Assembly (NCBI GenBank): GCA_022825265.1 | Contig: JAJDXE010000006.1 | Coordinates: forward strand, 20,923-84,922 | Reading direction: 5' to 3' | Source of the DNA: Dehalococcoidia bacterium | GTDB lineage: Bacteria; Chloroflexota; Dehalococcoidia; Bin125 | DNA: 64,000 bases | Shown: positions 37,532 through 46,532 of the stretch, piece by piece | How positions within the stretch are numbered: position 1 is the stretch's first letter | How the letters are laid out: the number at the start of each line of letters is the position of its first letter | Notes under the pieces: model-generated | The model's input: the letters and a program-made list of their open reading frames with translations, nothing else | Databases searched by the model: none | What the model was told of the DNA's origin: nothing | Made by a program: the position numbers and the translations under genes

Positions 37532-37605
37532 GTAGGGGCGGCCCACGTGGGCGCCCTTCTGCTATCTGGACGGTTCACGAACAGGGCGGCCACCAGAGCC
37601 GCCCC
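37532..37605. repeat. GTAG-family REPIN-like doublet, degenerate
   Basis: GTAGGGGCGGCCCACGTGGGCGCCC (37532-37556) and inverse-type GGGCGGCCACCAGAGCCGCCCC (37584-37605) between convergent genes. Confidence 0.65.
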
Positions 37606-37633
37606 GATTGCGGTAGCTCGACGGTGTATATCT

Positions 37634-38674
37634 CTACTTGTGGACCCCTTCGAGGAATGAGCGATCCAGCGCAGCCTCGAGGTCGACATCGTTTTCCAGC
37701 GCGCCGTACTCGAGCAGCACGTCGGTCAGCGCTCGGAACTGCTGCTGGGTGAACCAACCGACACCATTGGCTCGGGTCAGATCGCTCAGCGCATTTTCAA
37801 TCTCCGTGTCGAGAATGAAGCGCTCGTGGACTAGATCGGGCGGTGGGTCCTCGGCTAGGAACTTCTCGGTGGATTCGATCGCGGCCGCCGGGTCGTCGAC
37901 GGCGAACTCGAAGGCGCGGACCGTGGCGCGCAGGAAGCGCTCCAGTTTCTCGCGGTTCGTCTCGTCCTCAAGGAATTCCTCGCTGACCAGGTAAACCACG
38001 CCAAGCGTCGGCACGCCGTCGTCCGCGGCCTCAAAGACCGTGATCTCCTGGTTCAGCTTGCGCGTCAGCGTGTCGGGCTCGTTGGAGAGGAAGACCGGGT
38101 AGACCTCAACCTGTTGCTCGACCAGCACGACCGGGTTGAAGCCGACATCGATCATGTTCATGTCGTCGATGGTCAGGCCGTGGGCGGCCAGCATCGCGTG
38201 GAACTCGGCTTGCACGATGCCCTTGAACCCGACATCACGACCGGCGAAGTCGGCCGGTGACTCGATGCCCGACGAGTTGAGCACGGCATAGCCAAAGTCA
38301 CCGCGCTGACCGAAGAGCATCACCGCGACGTACGGCGCGCCGGTGTTGGCGCGAATCTGCAGCATCTCCGACGCCGGCAGCGTGGTGATGTCGATCTCGC
38401 CGGCGAGCAGCAGGTTCTTGTGGGCGCCGGTGAAACCGGCGTGCTGAATATCAACTTCAAGGTTCTCGTCGGCGAAGAAGCCCTGATCCTCGGCCACATA
38501 GACCGCGACGAAGGGCAGGTTGGCCTGGGCCACGAACCCAGCCATGTAGGTCATCGTCAGGACCTCATCTGAGTCATCGCCGGAACAGGCGATGCTCAAG
38601 GACGCTGCCAGGGCAGCGAAGAGCGAGATCGCGATCAGCAATCGTTTGTGAACGGAAACGGACGTCTGCAACAT
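37634..38674 (-). CDS. NMT1/THI5 (ThiY-like) ABC substrate-binding lipoprotein
   Basis: SIAC lipobox; YMAGFVAQANLPFVAVYVAEDQGFF; start moved to ATG 38674 behind AGAGGAG. Confidence 0.85.
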   Translation of the reverse strand: MLQTSVSVHKRLLIAISLFAALAASLSIACSGDDSDEVLTMTYMAGFVAQANLPFVAVYVAEDQGFFADENLEVDIQHAGFTGAHKNLLLAGEIDITTLPASEMLQIRANTGAPYVAVMLFGQRGDFGYAVLNSSGIESPADFAGRDVGFKGIVQAEFHAMLAAHGLTIDDMNMIDVGFNPVVLVEQQVEVYPVFLSNEPDTLTRKLNQEITVFEAADDGVPTLGVVYLVSEEFLEDETNREKLERFLRATVRAFEFAVDDPAAAIESTEKFLAEDPPPDLVHERFILDTEIENALSDLTRANGVGWFTQQQFRALTDVLLEYGALENDVDLEAALDRSFLEGVHK

Positions 38675-38684
38675 GGGCGCAGGG

Positions 38685-38774
38685 CTCCTCTGGCTGGTCG
38701 GACGCCGGGCGCTTTCTCTTGCCGGGCCGGCTAGCCGGAGCCGCTTCCATGGGGTTGCCACGGCGATAGCGACC
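38685..38774 (-). ncRNA. Candidate structured 5' leader (unclassified riboswitch)
   Basis: Predicted +1 coincides with GGUCG, which pairs with CGACC 79 nt later; internal hairpins; GGCUCC anti-SD complementary to GGAGCC. No known family fully matched. Confidence 0.45.
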
Positions 38775-38780
38775 GCCCAC

Positions 38781-38809
38781 AGCGTATGAATCCCACTCGT
38801 ATCGGGCAA
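38781..38809 (-). promoter_or_regulatory. Internal sigma70-type promoter for the binding-protein gene
   Basis: TTGCCC (38809-38804), N17, TACGCT (38786-38781). Confidence 0.6.
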
Positions 38810-38825
38810 CCCGACGACACGCGGT

Positions 38826-39107
38826 CTACGCGGAATCGTTCGGGATCGGACTTGGCTCTCGCAACACCGACGACTTAAACCACCAGCCATCGACCGCGTC
38901 GCGGCGAAACTCGGCGATCAGCCGGTGCTCGCTCCGCACCTTGAGATCAGTGCCCAGGTCGACATCGTCGCCTTCCAACTCGAGCACCAGGCCGTCAGAC
39001 GAGAATTTGATCACCACTGCGTCTGATTCCTGCGGAGCCTGACGCTCGGGCAGGCGGTAATCGGTGCGTTCGCTGTCGTCGGCGGGTGGTTCGGAAGGCG
39101 TTGTCAT
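38826..39107 (-). CDS. Small acidic hypothetical protein within the ABC cluster
   Basis: GGAG SD; 93 aa MTTPSEPP...LIAEFRRDAVDGWWFK; plausible codon usage. Confidence 0.55.
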   Translation of the reverse strand: MTTPSEPPADDSERTDYRLPERQAPQESDAVVIKFSSDGLVLELEGDDVDLGTDLKVRSEHRLIAEFRRDAVDGWWFKSSVLREPSPIPNDSA

Positions 39108-39127
39108 GGTTGCTCCATAGATCGAGC

Positions 39128-39976
39128 TTATGAGGCGGCGACAGGTTGGTCGAGACGCCACGAAAAAAGTCGCTCAGCGACGACCACAGCCGTCGAGAGC
39201 GTCACGCCGATCAGTGTCAGCATCAACACAGCGGCAAAGACCTGCTCCAGCCGCAGGTTGTTCTGTTCAATCCAGATCACCGCGCCCAGTCCGCCTTGTC
39301 CCGACAGGAAGAATTCCGCCACCACAGCCCCAATCAACGACAGTGTGACTGAGATCTTGAGCGAGGCAAACAGATACGGCACCGCCGCCGGCAGCCGTAG
39401 ATGCCTGAAGATCTCCCAAGTCGACGCATCGACCGAGCGGAAGAAATCGTGCATCCGCGGATCGACGTCGCGGAAACCCGCGATCGCATTGATTAGGACC
39501 GGAAAATAAGTGATCAAAGCAGCAATCGCGATCTTCGGGTTCCAGCCATGCCCCATCCAGATGATGAACAGTGGGATCAGCGCCACGACCGGCGTCACCT
39601 TGACCATGATCGCGATCGGCAAGACGGCCCGCTCAAGGACCTGCGAGTGCGCCACCCCAGCCGCCAATAGCGTCGCGGCAGCCGTCCCGATCGCCAGTCC
39701 ACCTAGCGAGACGCCAAGGGTCTTTAGTCCCTCAGAGAAGTAACGCCCAAAATCGGCGAAAAAATTCTCGATCACACCGGTCGGCCGAGGCATGACCCAG
39801 ATCGACACATCGGCAATCCGCACCCACAGCTCAACCGCAATCGCGGCCAGCAACAATGCGACCAGCGGCGGCAGCACCCAGCCAAGCAGCGGACGGATAT
39901 CCGGTGGAGCCATCGGAATCCGACCCGAGGCAGGAGCGTCGAGATGGTCCAAATCGCGGATCGGCTCAGAGATCAT
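39128..39976 (-). CDS. ABC permease, SsuC/ThiX-like
   Basis: KVTPVVALIP, FFRSVDASTWEIFRHLRLPAAVPY (EAA-loop region), VVAEF. Confidence 0.9.
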   Translation of the reverse strand: MISEPIRDLDHLDAPASGRIPMAPPDIRPLLGWVLPPLVALLLAAIAVELWVRIADVSIWVMPRPTGVIENFFADFGRYFSEGLKTLGVSLGGLAIGTAAATLLAAGVAHSQVLERAVLPIAIMVKVTPVVALIPLFIIWMGHGWNPKIAIAALITYFPVLINAIAGFRDVDPRMHDFFRSVDASTWEIFRHLRLPAAVPYLFASLKISVTLSLIGAVVAEFFLSGQGGLGAVIWIEQNNLRLEQVFAAVLMLTLIGVTLSTAVVVAERLFSWRLDQPVAAS

Positions 39977-39983
39977 GTCGGGA

Positions 39984-40865
39984 TCAGGCCGCATCCAGAG
40001 GAACGGCGGGAGTAGTTGGAGACCGCAGTGCCGCGCGCACGATCGCAGTGTCATTGACGAAGCGGTCAGAATGCTCGTGCTCAGGTCGTCTGGGCCGAGA
40101 CGTGGTGATCGGAATATCCGCAATGATCCGGCCCGGTCGCGGCGACATCACCAGCACCCGATCGGCGATCGCCACCGCCTCGGCAACAGAGTGAGTGACG
40201 AACACGGCGGACCGAGGCGGATCGCGGGGATCGTGTGACACGCTCCACAGCCGCTGCAGTTCGTAACGCATCTGCTCGCGGGTGATCTCGTCCAGCGCGG
40301 CAAACGGTTCGTCCATCAGCAACAACGGCGGATCGATCGCCAGCGCGCGGGCCAGCGCTGCTCGTTGTTGCATCCCGCCTGATAGCTCCGCCGGTCGATA
40401 GCGTTCGAACCCGCTCAGACCGACGATTTCGATCAGCTCATGCACGTTGGTTGAGGAGTGCGTCTCGCGAGGATTCAGTTGCAGGCCGAGTCGCACATTG
40501 TCCTCGACGCTGCGCCAGGCGAGCAACGCCGGCTCCTGGAAGACGAGGCCTAGCCGCTTGTGACGCTGAGCCTCCTTCGGCGTCTGACCGAAGACGAACA
40601 CCTCCCCGCTCGACGGAGCCGTCAGTCCGGCGATCACTCGCAAGAGCGACGTCTTGCCGCAGCCCGACGGCCCGACCAGCGCCGTGAACTCACCCGCCCG
40701 GATCGTCAGGCTGGTCCGATCCACCGCCTCAAGCAGAGCGCCCTCCTTGGTCTCATAGGTCAACCTGATGTCGTCAAGCCGCACCGCAGGCTCGGCGTCC
40801 GGCTCGATCGGATGCTTGATGACGAGCGGTGCGGCGGATGGTGGCGTGTCAGTCAGGCTAGTCAC
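39984..40865 (-). CDS. ABC ATP-binding protein, SsuB/ThiZ-like
   Basis: GPSGCGKT, VFQEPALL, LSGGMQQR, LLMDEPF; start approximate. Confidence 0.9.
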   Translation of the reverse strand: MTSLTDTPPSAAPLVIKHPIEPDAEPAVRLDDIRLTYETKEGALLEAVDRTSLTIRAGEFTALVGPSGCGKTSLLRVIAGLTAPSSGEVFVFGQTPKEAQRHKRLGLVFQEPALLAWRSVEDNVRLGLQLNPRETHSSTNVHELIEIVGLSGFERYRPAELSGGMQQRAALARALAIDPPLLLMDEPFAALDEITREQMRYELQRLWSVSHDPRDPPRSAVFVTHSVAEAVAIADRVLVMSPRPGRIIADIPITTSRPRRPEHEHSDRFVNDTAIVRAALRSPTTPAVPLDAA

Positions 40866-40960
40866 GGTGAATCGTAGGGCTGGCGTTAGCCTTGTGGTTG
40901 TGCACCCCACGGTGCGTGTGCGCAGGCAATCCTCAGTTTAGGCATAGATCTGGAGTGGGC

Positions 40961-41626
40961 ATGGCGACCATCGGCTTTATCGGCGGCACGGGACCGGAGG
41001 GGTTGGGACTGGCGATGCGCCTCGCGATGGCGGGCGAACGTGTGCTGATCGGTTCGCGCAGGATCGAACGAGCCGAAGACGCAGCCCAGACCGTCCGCGA
41101 CGCCGTCAACGAAGCCGGCGGAACGCCCGATGCCGGAGGCGGCGTCAACCGCGACGTTGTCGAACAGTCCGACGTCGTGATCATCGTGGTGCCCTTCGAC
41201 GGCCACGAGGCGACCCTCAACGACTTGCGAGACGCGATCGGCAGCAAACTCGTGATCGACGCCGCCGTCCCGCTGACGATGGAAAATCGAGTCCCCGGCA
41301 TTTCCGATGTCGAGCAGGGCTCGGCCACCGAGCAGGCCCAGGCTCTGCTGCCCGACGCCCGCGTCGTGGGCGCGTTCCACAACCTCAGCGCGCGCAAGCT
41401 GCAAAAGCTCTCTGATCCGATGGAAGGCGATGTCCTGATCACCGCTGACGACGCCGACGCCAAGCAGGAAGTGATCGACCTGGTCGGCAAGATGCCCGAC
41501 CTCCGGCCCATCGACGCCGGTCCGCTCTCGATGTCGAAGTTCGTCGAGGACCTGACCGCGCTGATCATCGGCATGAACATGCGTTACAAGACCCAGGCTG
41601 CCGTACGAATGGTGGGAATCGACTGA
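40961..41626 (+). CDS. npdG: F420-dependent NADP oxidoreductase
   Basis: IGFIGGTGPEGLGLAMR, IGSRRIERA, VVGAFHNLSA, IDAGPL; ATG 40961 behind GGAG. Confidence 0.88.
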   Translation: MATIGFIGGTGPEGLGLAMRLAMAGERVLIGSRRIERAEDAAQTVRDAVNEAGGTPDAGGGVNRDVVEQSDVVIIVVPFDGHEATLNDLRDAIGSKLVIDAAVPLTMENRVPGISDVEQGSATEQAQALLPDARVVGAFHNLSARKLQKLSDPMEGDVLITADDADAKQEVIDLVGKMPDLRPIDAGPLSMSKFVEDLTALIIGMNMRYKTQAAVRMVGID

Positions 41627-42387
41627 TGGCACCTCCCTCCGAGTACCGCGTCTTCGCCGTCGGCGGCATTCCCGAGGTCGCCGACGGAGACGATCTGGCC
41701 GAACTGATCCACAACGCCCTGACCGCACAGGAGACGCCGCTCGAAGCCGGCGATGTGCTCCTCGTCACCCAGAAGATCGTCTCCAAGGCGGAGGGCCGGG
41801 TCATCCGGCTCGACGACGTTACCGCCGGCGAGTTCGCTGAGGACTGGGCCCAGGATTGGGAGAAGGACGCCCGCGCGGTCGAGCTCGTACTCCGTGAATC
41901 CAAGCGCATCGTTCGCATGACCCGCGGCCTGATCCTCTCTGAGACCCGCCACGGCTGGGTCTGCGCCAACGCCGGCGTCGATCAATCCAACGTTGGCGGC
42001 GGCGAGGCCGTCGCGCTGCTCCCGATCGACTCGTCTGCCTCCGCCCTGGCGATCCGCACAGGACTCATCGCGCGCGGTCAGATTGATGTCCCCGTGATCG
42101 TCACCGACACCTTCGGCCGCCCCTGGCGCAACGGACTCACCAACGTGGCCATCGGCGTCAGCGGGATGAATCCGATTCGCTCCTACATCGGTGAGGTCGA
42201 TGCCGAGGGCTACGACCTGCGGGTCACGGAAATGGCGCTCGTCGACGAACTGGCCTCGGCAGCCGAACCGGTCATGAACAAGCTCGACAAAGTCCCGGTC
42301 GCCGTCGTCCGCGGCCTGAACGTGCCCGTCGAGGAATACGACCACACCACCCTGGTCCGCCCGCCCGAGATGGACCTGTTCAGATAG
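41626..42387 (+). CDS. cofE: Coenzyme F420-0:L-glutamate ligase
   Basis: GDDLA, TQKIVSKAEG, ANAGVDQSN, TDTFGRPWR, DELASAA. Confidence 0.93.
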   Translation: MAPPSEYRVFAVGGIPEVADGDDLAELIHNALTAQETPLEAGDVLLVTQKIVSKAEGRVIRLDDVTAGEFAEDWAQDWEKDARAVELVLRESKRIVRMTRGLILSETRHGWVCANAGVDQSNVGGGEAVALLPIDSSASALAIRTGLIARGQIDVPVIVTDTFGRPWRNGLTNVAIGVSGMNPIRSYIGEVDAEGYDLRVTEMALVDELASAAEPVMNKLDKVPVAVVRGLNVPVEEYDHTTLVRPPEMDLFR

Positions 42388-42396
42388 GCGCGGTCG

Positions 42397-42852
42397 ATGG
42401 CAGCAGCATTCAACATCGAAGCAGACTTTGAATGCCCGCTCGATCAGCTCTGGTCGTTCGTCTCGCACGTGCCCAACCAGGATCACTGGGTCTTCGGCAT
42501 GTCCGACTCCGAGGTGGTCGGCGGCGGAGAGGTTGGACTGGGCTCCGAGATCGTCGGCACGTCGACTGAACAGGGCAAGTCCCTGCGCGTCACGATGACA
42601 GTCAAGGAATTCGACCCACCCAATCGCGTCTCATGGGAAAACACGGACGGTCACACGCCGTTCGTCACGGTCATCACCTGCTCGGGTGACGACCAGGCCT
42701 CGCGAATGAAGTACGAAGTCACGCTGTACCCGTCCTCCTTGATGATGAAGATCGCGATGGGCCCGCTGCGTCCGCTCGGCAGCATCGTCGCCAATCGGAT
42801 GCTGAGAGATGAAATCGCACACCTCCGTCAGGCGATGGGACTCGAGTCCTGA
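42397..42852 (+). CDS. SRPBCC/polyketide-cyclase-like protein
   Basis: LWSFVSHVPNQDHWV, EFDPPNRVSW; paralog of the next gene. Confidence 0.75.
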   Translation: MAAAFNIEADFECPLDQLWSFVSHVPNQDHWVFGMSDSEVVGGGEVGLGSEIVGTSTEQGKSLRVTMTVKEFDPPNRVSWENTDGHTPFVTVITCSGDDQASRMKYEVTLYPSSLMMKIAMGPLRPLGSIVANRMLRDEIAHLRQAMGLES

Positions 42853-43313
42853 TGGTCAGTATGAGCGCCAGCGCCCAGGTCGCGATTGAACGAGATCCGA
42901 CCGAGGTCTGGGCCTACGTCGCCGACGTCACCAACCAGGACGAGTGGGTCGACGGCATGTCCGACTCAGAGGTCGTCGGCGACGTGCCGATCGGTCGAGG
43001 CACGCAGATCCGAGGCACCTACAGCTACGGTGGCGGCTCGTCTCCGACCCTGATGACGATCACCGAGTTCCGCGAAGGTCGCCAACTGGTGCTGGAAGCG
43101 GTGGAGGGCCCCTTCCCCTTCACTGGCCAGCTAACCCTTGAGCGCGCCGGCGCAAGCACCATCGTGACCAACGCCATGACAGCCGGCAGCGATCACATCG
43201 CGACCTCGATCATGTTCATCCTCCTCCGCCCGCTGATGAAAATGATGATGACCCGTCAGATGAAGAAAGAGTTGGAACAGCTCAAATCGATCCTTGAGTC
43301 CAACGATGGCTAA
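42852..43313 (+). CDS. SRPBCC/polyketide-cyclase-like protein
   Basis: IERDPTEVWAYVADVTNQDEWV, ELEQLKSILE; TGATG-coupled. Confidence 0.78.
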   Translation: MVSMSASAQVAIERDPTEVWAYVADVTNQDEWVDGMSDSEVVGDVPIGRGTQIRGTYSYGGGSSPTLMTITEFREGRQLVLEAVEGPFPFTGQLTLERAGASTIVTNAMTAGSDHIATSIMFILLRPLMKMMMTRQMKKELEQLKSILESNDG

Positions 43314-43891
43314 GGCTCGCGCTCGTCGGTAAAAGCGATCTCGAAATCGTCAAACAGCACGCCCGCGCCCGACGCTGACTCCACGGTCCGCTCGTGAGCC
43401 GCCAGGAACGCCTCGCGGTCGTTCTCCTGCAAGGCCACAAACTGCGCGTTGTACCCGCTATGGAGCAGAGAGATCGCCGTCAGATACCGGGTGTGCCAGT
43501 CCTCCGCTTTCTCCGGCGGCATCAGGTCGAACAGAGCATCGCGGAACCGTTCCGTCGTCGGCAGGCCGCGGCGCAAATTCTCCCGGTGCACGCGGCAATC
43601 GACGTTCTCATCGACGCACCGGGTAGCGGTGTCCGGGTCGATCACCGTCTGAATCTCAACCGTCGCCCGAGCGACGAGCGTGCAGAGCTGGTCGTAGTAG
43701 CTGCCCACCGGGTAGTCGCAGGCCGCCGCGAGCGATGGTGCCGGCGGCGCCGGATCGCCCTCGAAAATGTCCAGCTCGCGCAGCAGGAACAGCGCGCCAA
43801 TGAACCCGATGATCCCGCCGATGATCGGGATCAGCAGCGAGGAAGTCTGTCGCCGTCGTCTGGAGCGGGAAGCTGGTCGACTAGAGGACAT
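43310..43891 (-). CDS. Hypothetical membrane-anchored protein
   Basis: Basic N-terminus, single TM helix, helical domain with four Cys; start at ATG 43891. Confidence 0.55.
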   Translation of the reverse strand: MSSSRPASRSRRRRQTSSLLIPIIGGIIGFIGALFLLRELDIFEGDPAPPAPSLAAACDYPVGSYYDQLCTLVARATVEIQTVIDPDTATRCVDENVDCRVHRENLRRGLPTTERFRDALFDLMPPEKAEDWHTRYLTAISLLHSGYNAQFVALQENDREAFLAAHERTVESASGAGVLFDDFEIAFTDEREP

Positions 43892-44714
43892 CGTTGAGGA
43901 AGTCGCGCACCGCTCCGACGAACGCCTCGGGCTGATCGCCGGCAACCGAGTGCCCCGCTTCGGGAATCGTGACCAGCCGCACGACCGGAACCTTGTTGGC
44001 GAATTCCTCCGCCTGCTCGCGCTTGAGCACCGGGCTCTTCTCGCCGTGCAGTAGGAGTGTCGGCACGATCAACGCCTCGGCCGTCTCCCAGATACCCGTA
44101 CGCGCATCGGCGACGCCGCGGAAGTCGGCTTCGCGGAAGCGTTCGTCGAACATCTTGGCCATCTTGCCCTCGGGAGTCTCCCGCAACGACACTTCCAGCC
44201 GCTTGCGGATGCCCTCCTTGGAGCGGAACGGGTAGTACTGGTGGGTCATCTCGACCCAGGCCTCCAGAGACTCGAGCTCATACGGCCCGGCCACAAACTG
44301 CCGAACCTGCTGCACCCCGTCCACACTCACGCCCGGTCCAACATCGATCAACACCAGTGCGCGAAGCTGGTCCGGGTACCGCGACGCAAACGTCATCGCG
44401 TTCATGCCGCCCATCGAGTGCCCCAGCACCACTGGACGATCGAGCTCCTGAGTCTCGATGAACTGCTGAATATCCTCAGCCATGTGGTCGCGCGAATAGT
44501 CGCCAAGCTCGGCCGCGCGATCCGAGTGGCCGTGTCCCCGCTGGTCGAGCGCGTACCAGTGCAACTGGTCAGAAAGCGCAGGCGCGACCTCGTCGAAGGA
44601 GTGGCAATTCAGCGCGAATCCATGCAGCGCCACGGCGCTGACCGCCGCCGCACCGCTGTGATCGACGTAGTGGAGTTTGAGTCCGTTGACCATGGCGGTG
44701 AGTCCGGATCCCAT
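43881..44714 (-). CDS. Alpha/beta-fold hydrolase
   Basis: ALHGF, DQRGHGHS, GHSMGG, AGHSV. Confidence 0.9.
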   Translation of the reverse strand: MGSGLTAMVNGLKLHYVDHSGAAAVSAVALHGFALNCHSFDEVAPALSDQLHWYALDQRGHGHSDRAAELGDYSRDHMAEDIQQFIETQELDRPVVLGHSMGGMNAMTFASRYPDQLRALVLIDVGPGVSVDGVQQVRQFVAGPYELESLEAWVEMTHQYYPFRSKEGIRKRLEVSLRETPEGKMAKMFDERFREADFRGVADARTGIWETAEALIVPTLLLHGEKSPVLKREQAEEFANKVPVVRLVTIPEAGHSVAGDQPEAFVGAVRDFLNDVL

Positions 44715-44771
44715 CGCGACACCTCACTTCGTGCGTCCCGGTATACCTGTTCCCTATAGACTACGCGCGCC

Positions 44772-46532
44772 ATGCGACAGCGCGGACCGACACTTCGCTA
44801 CGATGTCCACGAGCGCCCGCCGCTTCTGATCGCCGCTGGACTCGGTTTCCAGAACGCTCTCTTTGTCATCTCCGGGGCGATCCTGCTCCCGTTCCTCTTG
44901 CGCGCCGCAGAGCTGATCACCGCCGGAGAGGCCGCCTTCCTGATCTCGGCCTCCCTGCTCACGGCAGGGCTCTCCACCGCCGTCCAGGCATTCCGCATCG
45001 CCGGCGTGGGCTCCGGATACATGCTCTTCATGGGCACCTCGGGAGCATTCTTCGCTGCTACGTTCGATGCGATCGCGATGGCCGGTATCGGCTTCGTCGC
45101 CGCCCTGGCACTCATCGCAGCGCCAACCGAGATACTGATCGCGCGCTTCTTCCGTTTCTTCCGCAACGTCTTCACGCCGACAGTCGGCGGCGTCGTGGTG
45201 ATGTGCGTAGCGGTCACCATTGTGCCCCTGACAGTCCAGCAGTGGAACGGCGTTGGCACCGACCGAGCGGGCTCGCTGGAGTACATGGCAATCGGTGGCA
45301 TATCGGTGTTCGTGATGGTCGCGATGATCGTCTTGGCGCCAGCCCGCTATCGTCTCTGGTCGCCAATCGTCGGTCTGGCAGCAGGTTGCATCGCCGCAGC
45401 GATCACTGGGGACTGGGTGTTTGGGCACTCCGGGGACGCAGCCATCGTCGGCTTCCCAATCGGCGAGTGGGAAGCCCCGACCTTTCCAACGTCGGGCGCG
45501 GCATTTGCCGTACTCGGCGCCTTCGTGATCGCAACGCTGGCCGGCACCTTTGAGACTGTCGGTGACGCTATCGCGATCCAGAAGGTCTCGCAGCGAGACT
45601 TTCGCCGCATCGATTACGAAGCTGTGCGCGGCGCATTGAACGCGGACGGTGTGGGCAACGCGCTGGCCGGCATCTTTTGCACCACGCCAAACACTACGTA
45701 CTCCTCACCAATCGGCATGGTTCCAGTTGTTGGGGTCGGATCGCGCTGGGTCGGTCTGTGGGGCGCCGGGATCATGGTCGTGATGGCGTTCTTCCCAGTC
45801 CTCAGCGGCTTCGTCCTTGATCTGCCAGGACCGGCCATCGGTGGCGTCTCATTCGTGGCGATGCTGCTGCTCTTCATCGTTGGGATGCAGACCGTTGTCG
45901 ACGCAGGCATCAACACACGAGCCGCGATAATCATCTCGCTCGGCTTCTGGGGCGGCTTCACAGGCGAGTTCGCGGACGAACTGGGCTTGCCATTCCTCGA
46001 GCACATCCCCGAGGCGCTGGCGCCAATCACCGGCAACGCAATCGCCCTGGGTTCGGTAATCGCGGTCCTCGTCTCAGCGATCTTCGCCCTGATCCCGCAG
46101 CGCAAGTTCCGTTGGCAAGGGGACGCAGCGGCGGAGTCTCTGGAGCAGGTGATCGCGTTCGGGACTGACGTGTCAAAGGGTTTTAGCTTGGAGGCAGGCC
46201 CATCGAACCGGTTGGAGCTGTGCCTGGAGGAGCTCTTCACACACGTGGTCGAAGATGGCGATACTGACCGGACGGTGCGGATTGAAGCCACGGCCAACGA
46301 AGACGAGATTCAGGTCATCGTCACCGACCGCTCGGACGTCCGCGACGTTGAGCTCCCGAACATGCCCCCCGATCTGTTGCAGGCAAGCAACGACGAGCTT
46401 CAGGATCTCGGCCTCGTCCTGCTCACCCGTTTGGCCACGAACGTGAGCCATACGACCATCTCTGGCTGGCATTATGTCTCATTCGTCATCGCCCGACAGC
46501 AAAGCGAGATCCGCTTGGTCCAGCAGCAGTAG
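44772..46532 (+). CDS. NCS2 (xanthine/uracil) permease fused to an RsbW-like HATPase domain
   Basis: [23 protein letters not shown], about 12-14 TM segments; C-terminal LELCLEELF...VIVTD...LGLVLL domain. Confidence 0.8.
   Translation: MRQRGPTLRYDVHERPPLLIAAGLGFQNALFVISGAILLPFLLRAAELITAGEAAFLISASLLTAGLSTAVQAFRIAGVGSGYMLFMGTSGAFFAATFDAIAMAGIGFVAALALIAAPTEILIARFFRFFRNVFTPTVGGVVVMCVAVTIVPLTVQQWNGVGTDRAGSLEYMAIGGISVFVMVAMIVLAPARYRLWSPIVGLAAGCIAAAITGDWVFGHSGDAAIVGFPIGEWEAPTFPTSGAAFAVLGAFVIATLAGTFETVGDAIAIQKVSQRDFRRIDYEAVRGALNADGVGNALAGIFCTTPNTTYSSPIGMVPVVGVGSRWVGLWGAGIMVVMAFFPVLSGFVLDLPGPAIGGVSFVAMLLLFIVGMQTVVDAGINTRAAIIISLGFWGGFTGEFADELGLPFLEHIPEALAPITGNAIALGSVIAVLVSAIFALIPQRKFRWQGDAAAESLEQVIAFGTDVSKGFSLEAGPSNRLELCLEELFTHVVEDGDTDRTVRIEATANEDEIQVIVTDRSDVRDVELPNMPPDLLQASNDELQDLGLVLLTRLATNVSHTTISGWHYVSFVIARQQSEIRLVQQQ

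Noticed and set aside
38691-38889. 200-nt raiA-like or 6S-like RNA closed by TGGCTGGT/ACCAGCCA, with GUGG-UUUAA-GUCG...CGAU-U-CCGC
   Set aside because: The 5' third lies inside a plausible ORF (38826-39107) and upstream of a good internal promoter; other recalled raiA core motifs are missing. The shorter 79-nt leader explains the region better. A cmscan would settle it.
40855-40915. TPP riboswitch upstream of the ABC ATPase (GGGGUGC...GCU...CCC)
   Set aside because: Lacks CUGAGA and the ACCUGAU...GCGNAGGGA half.
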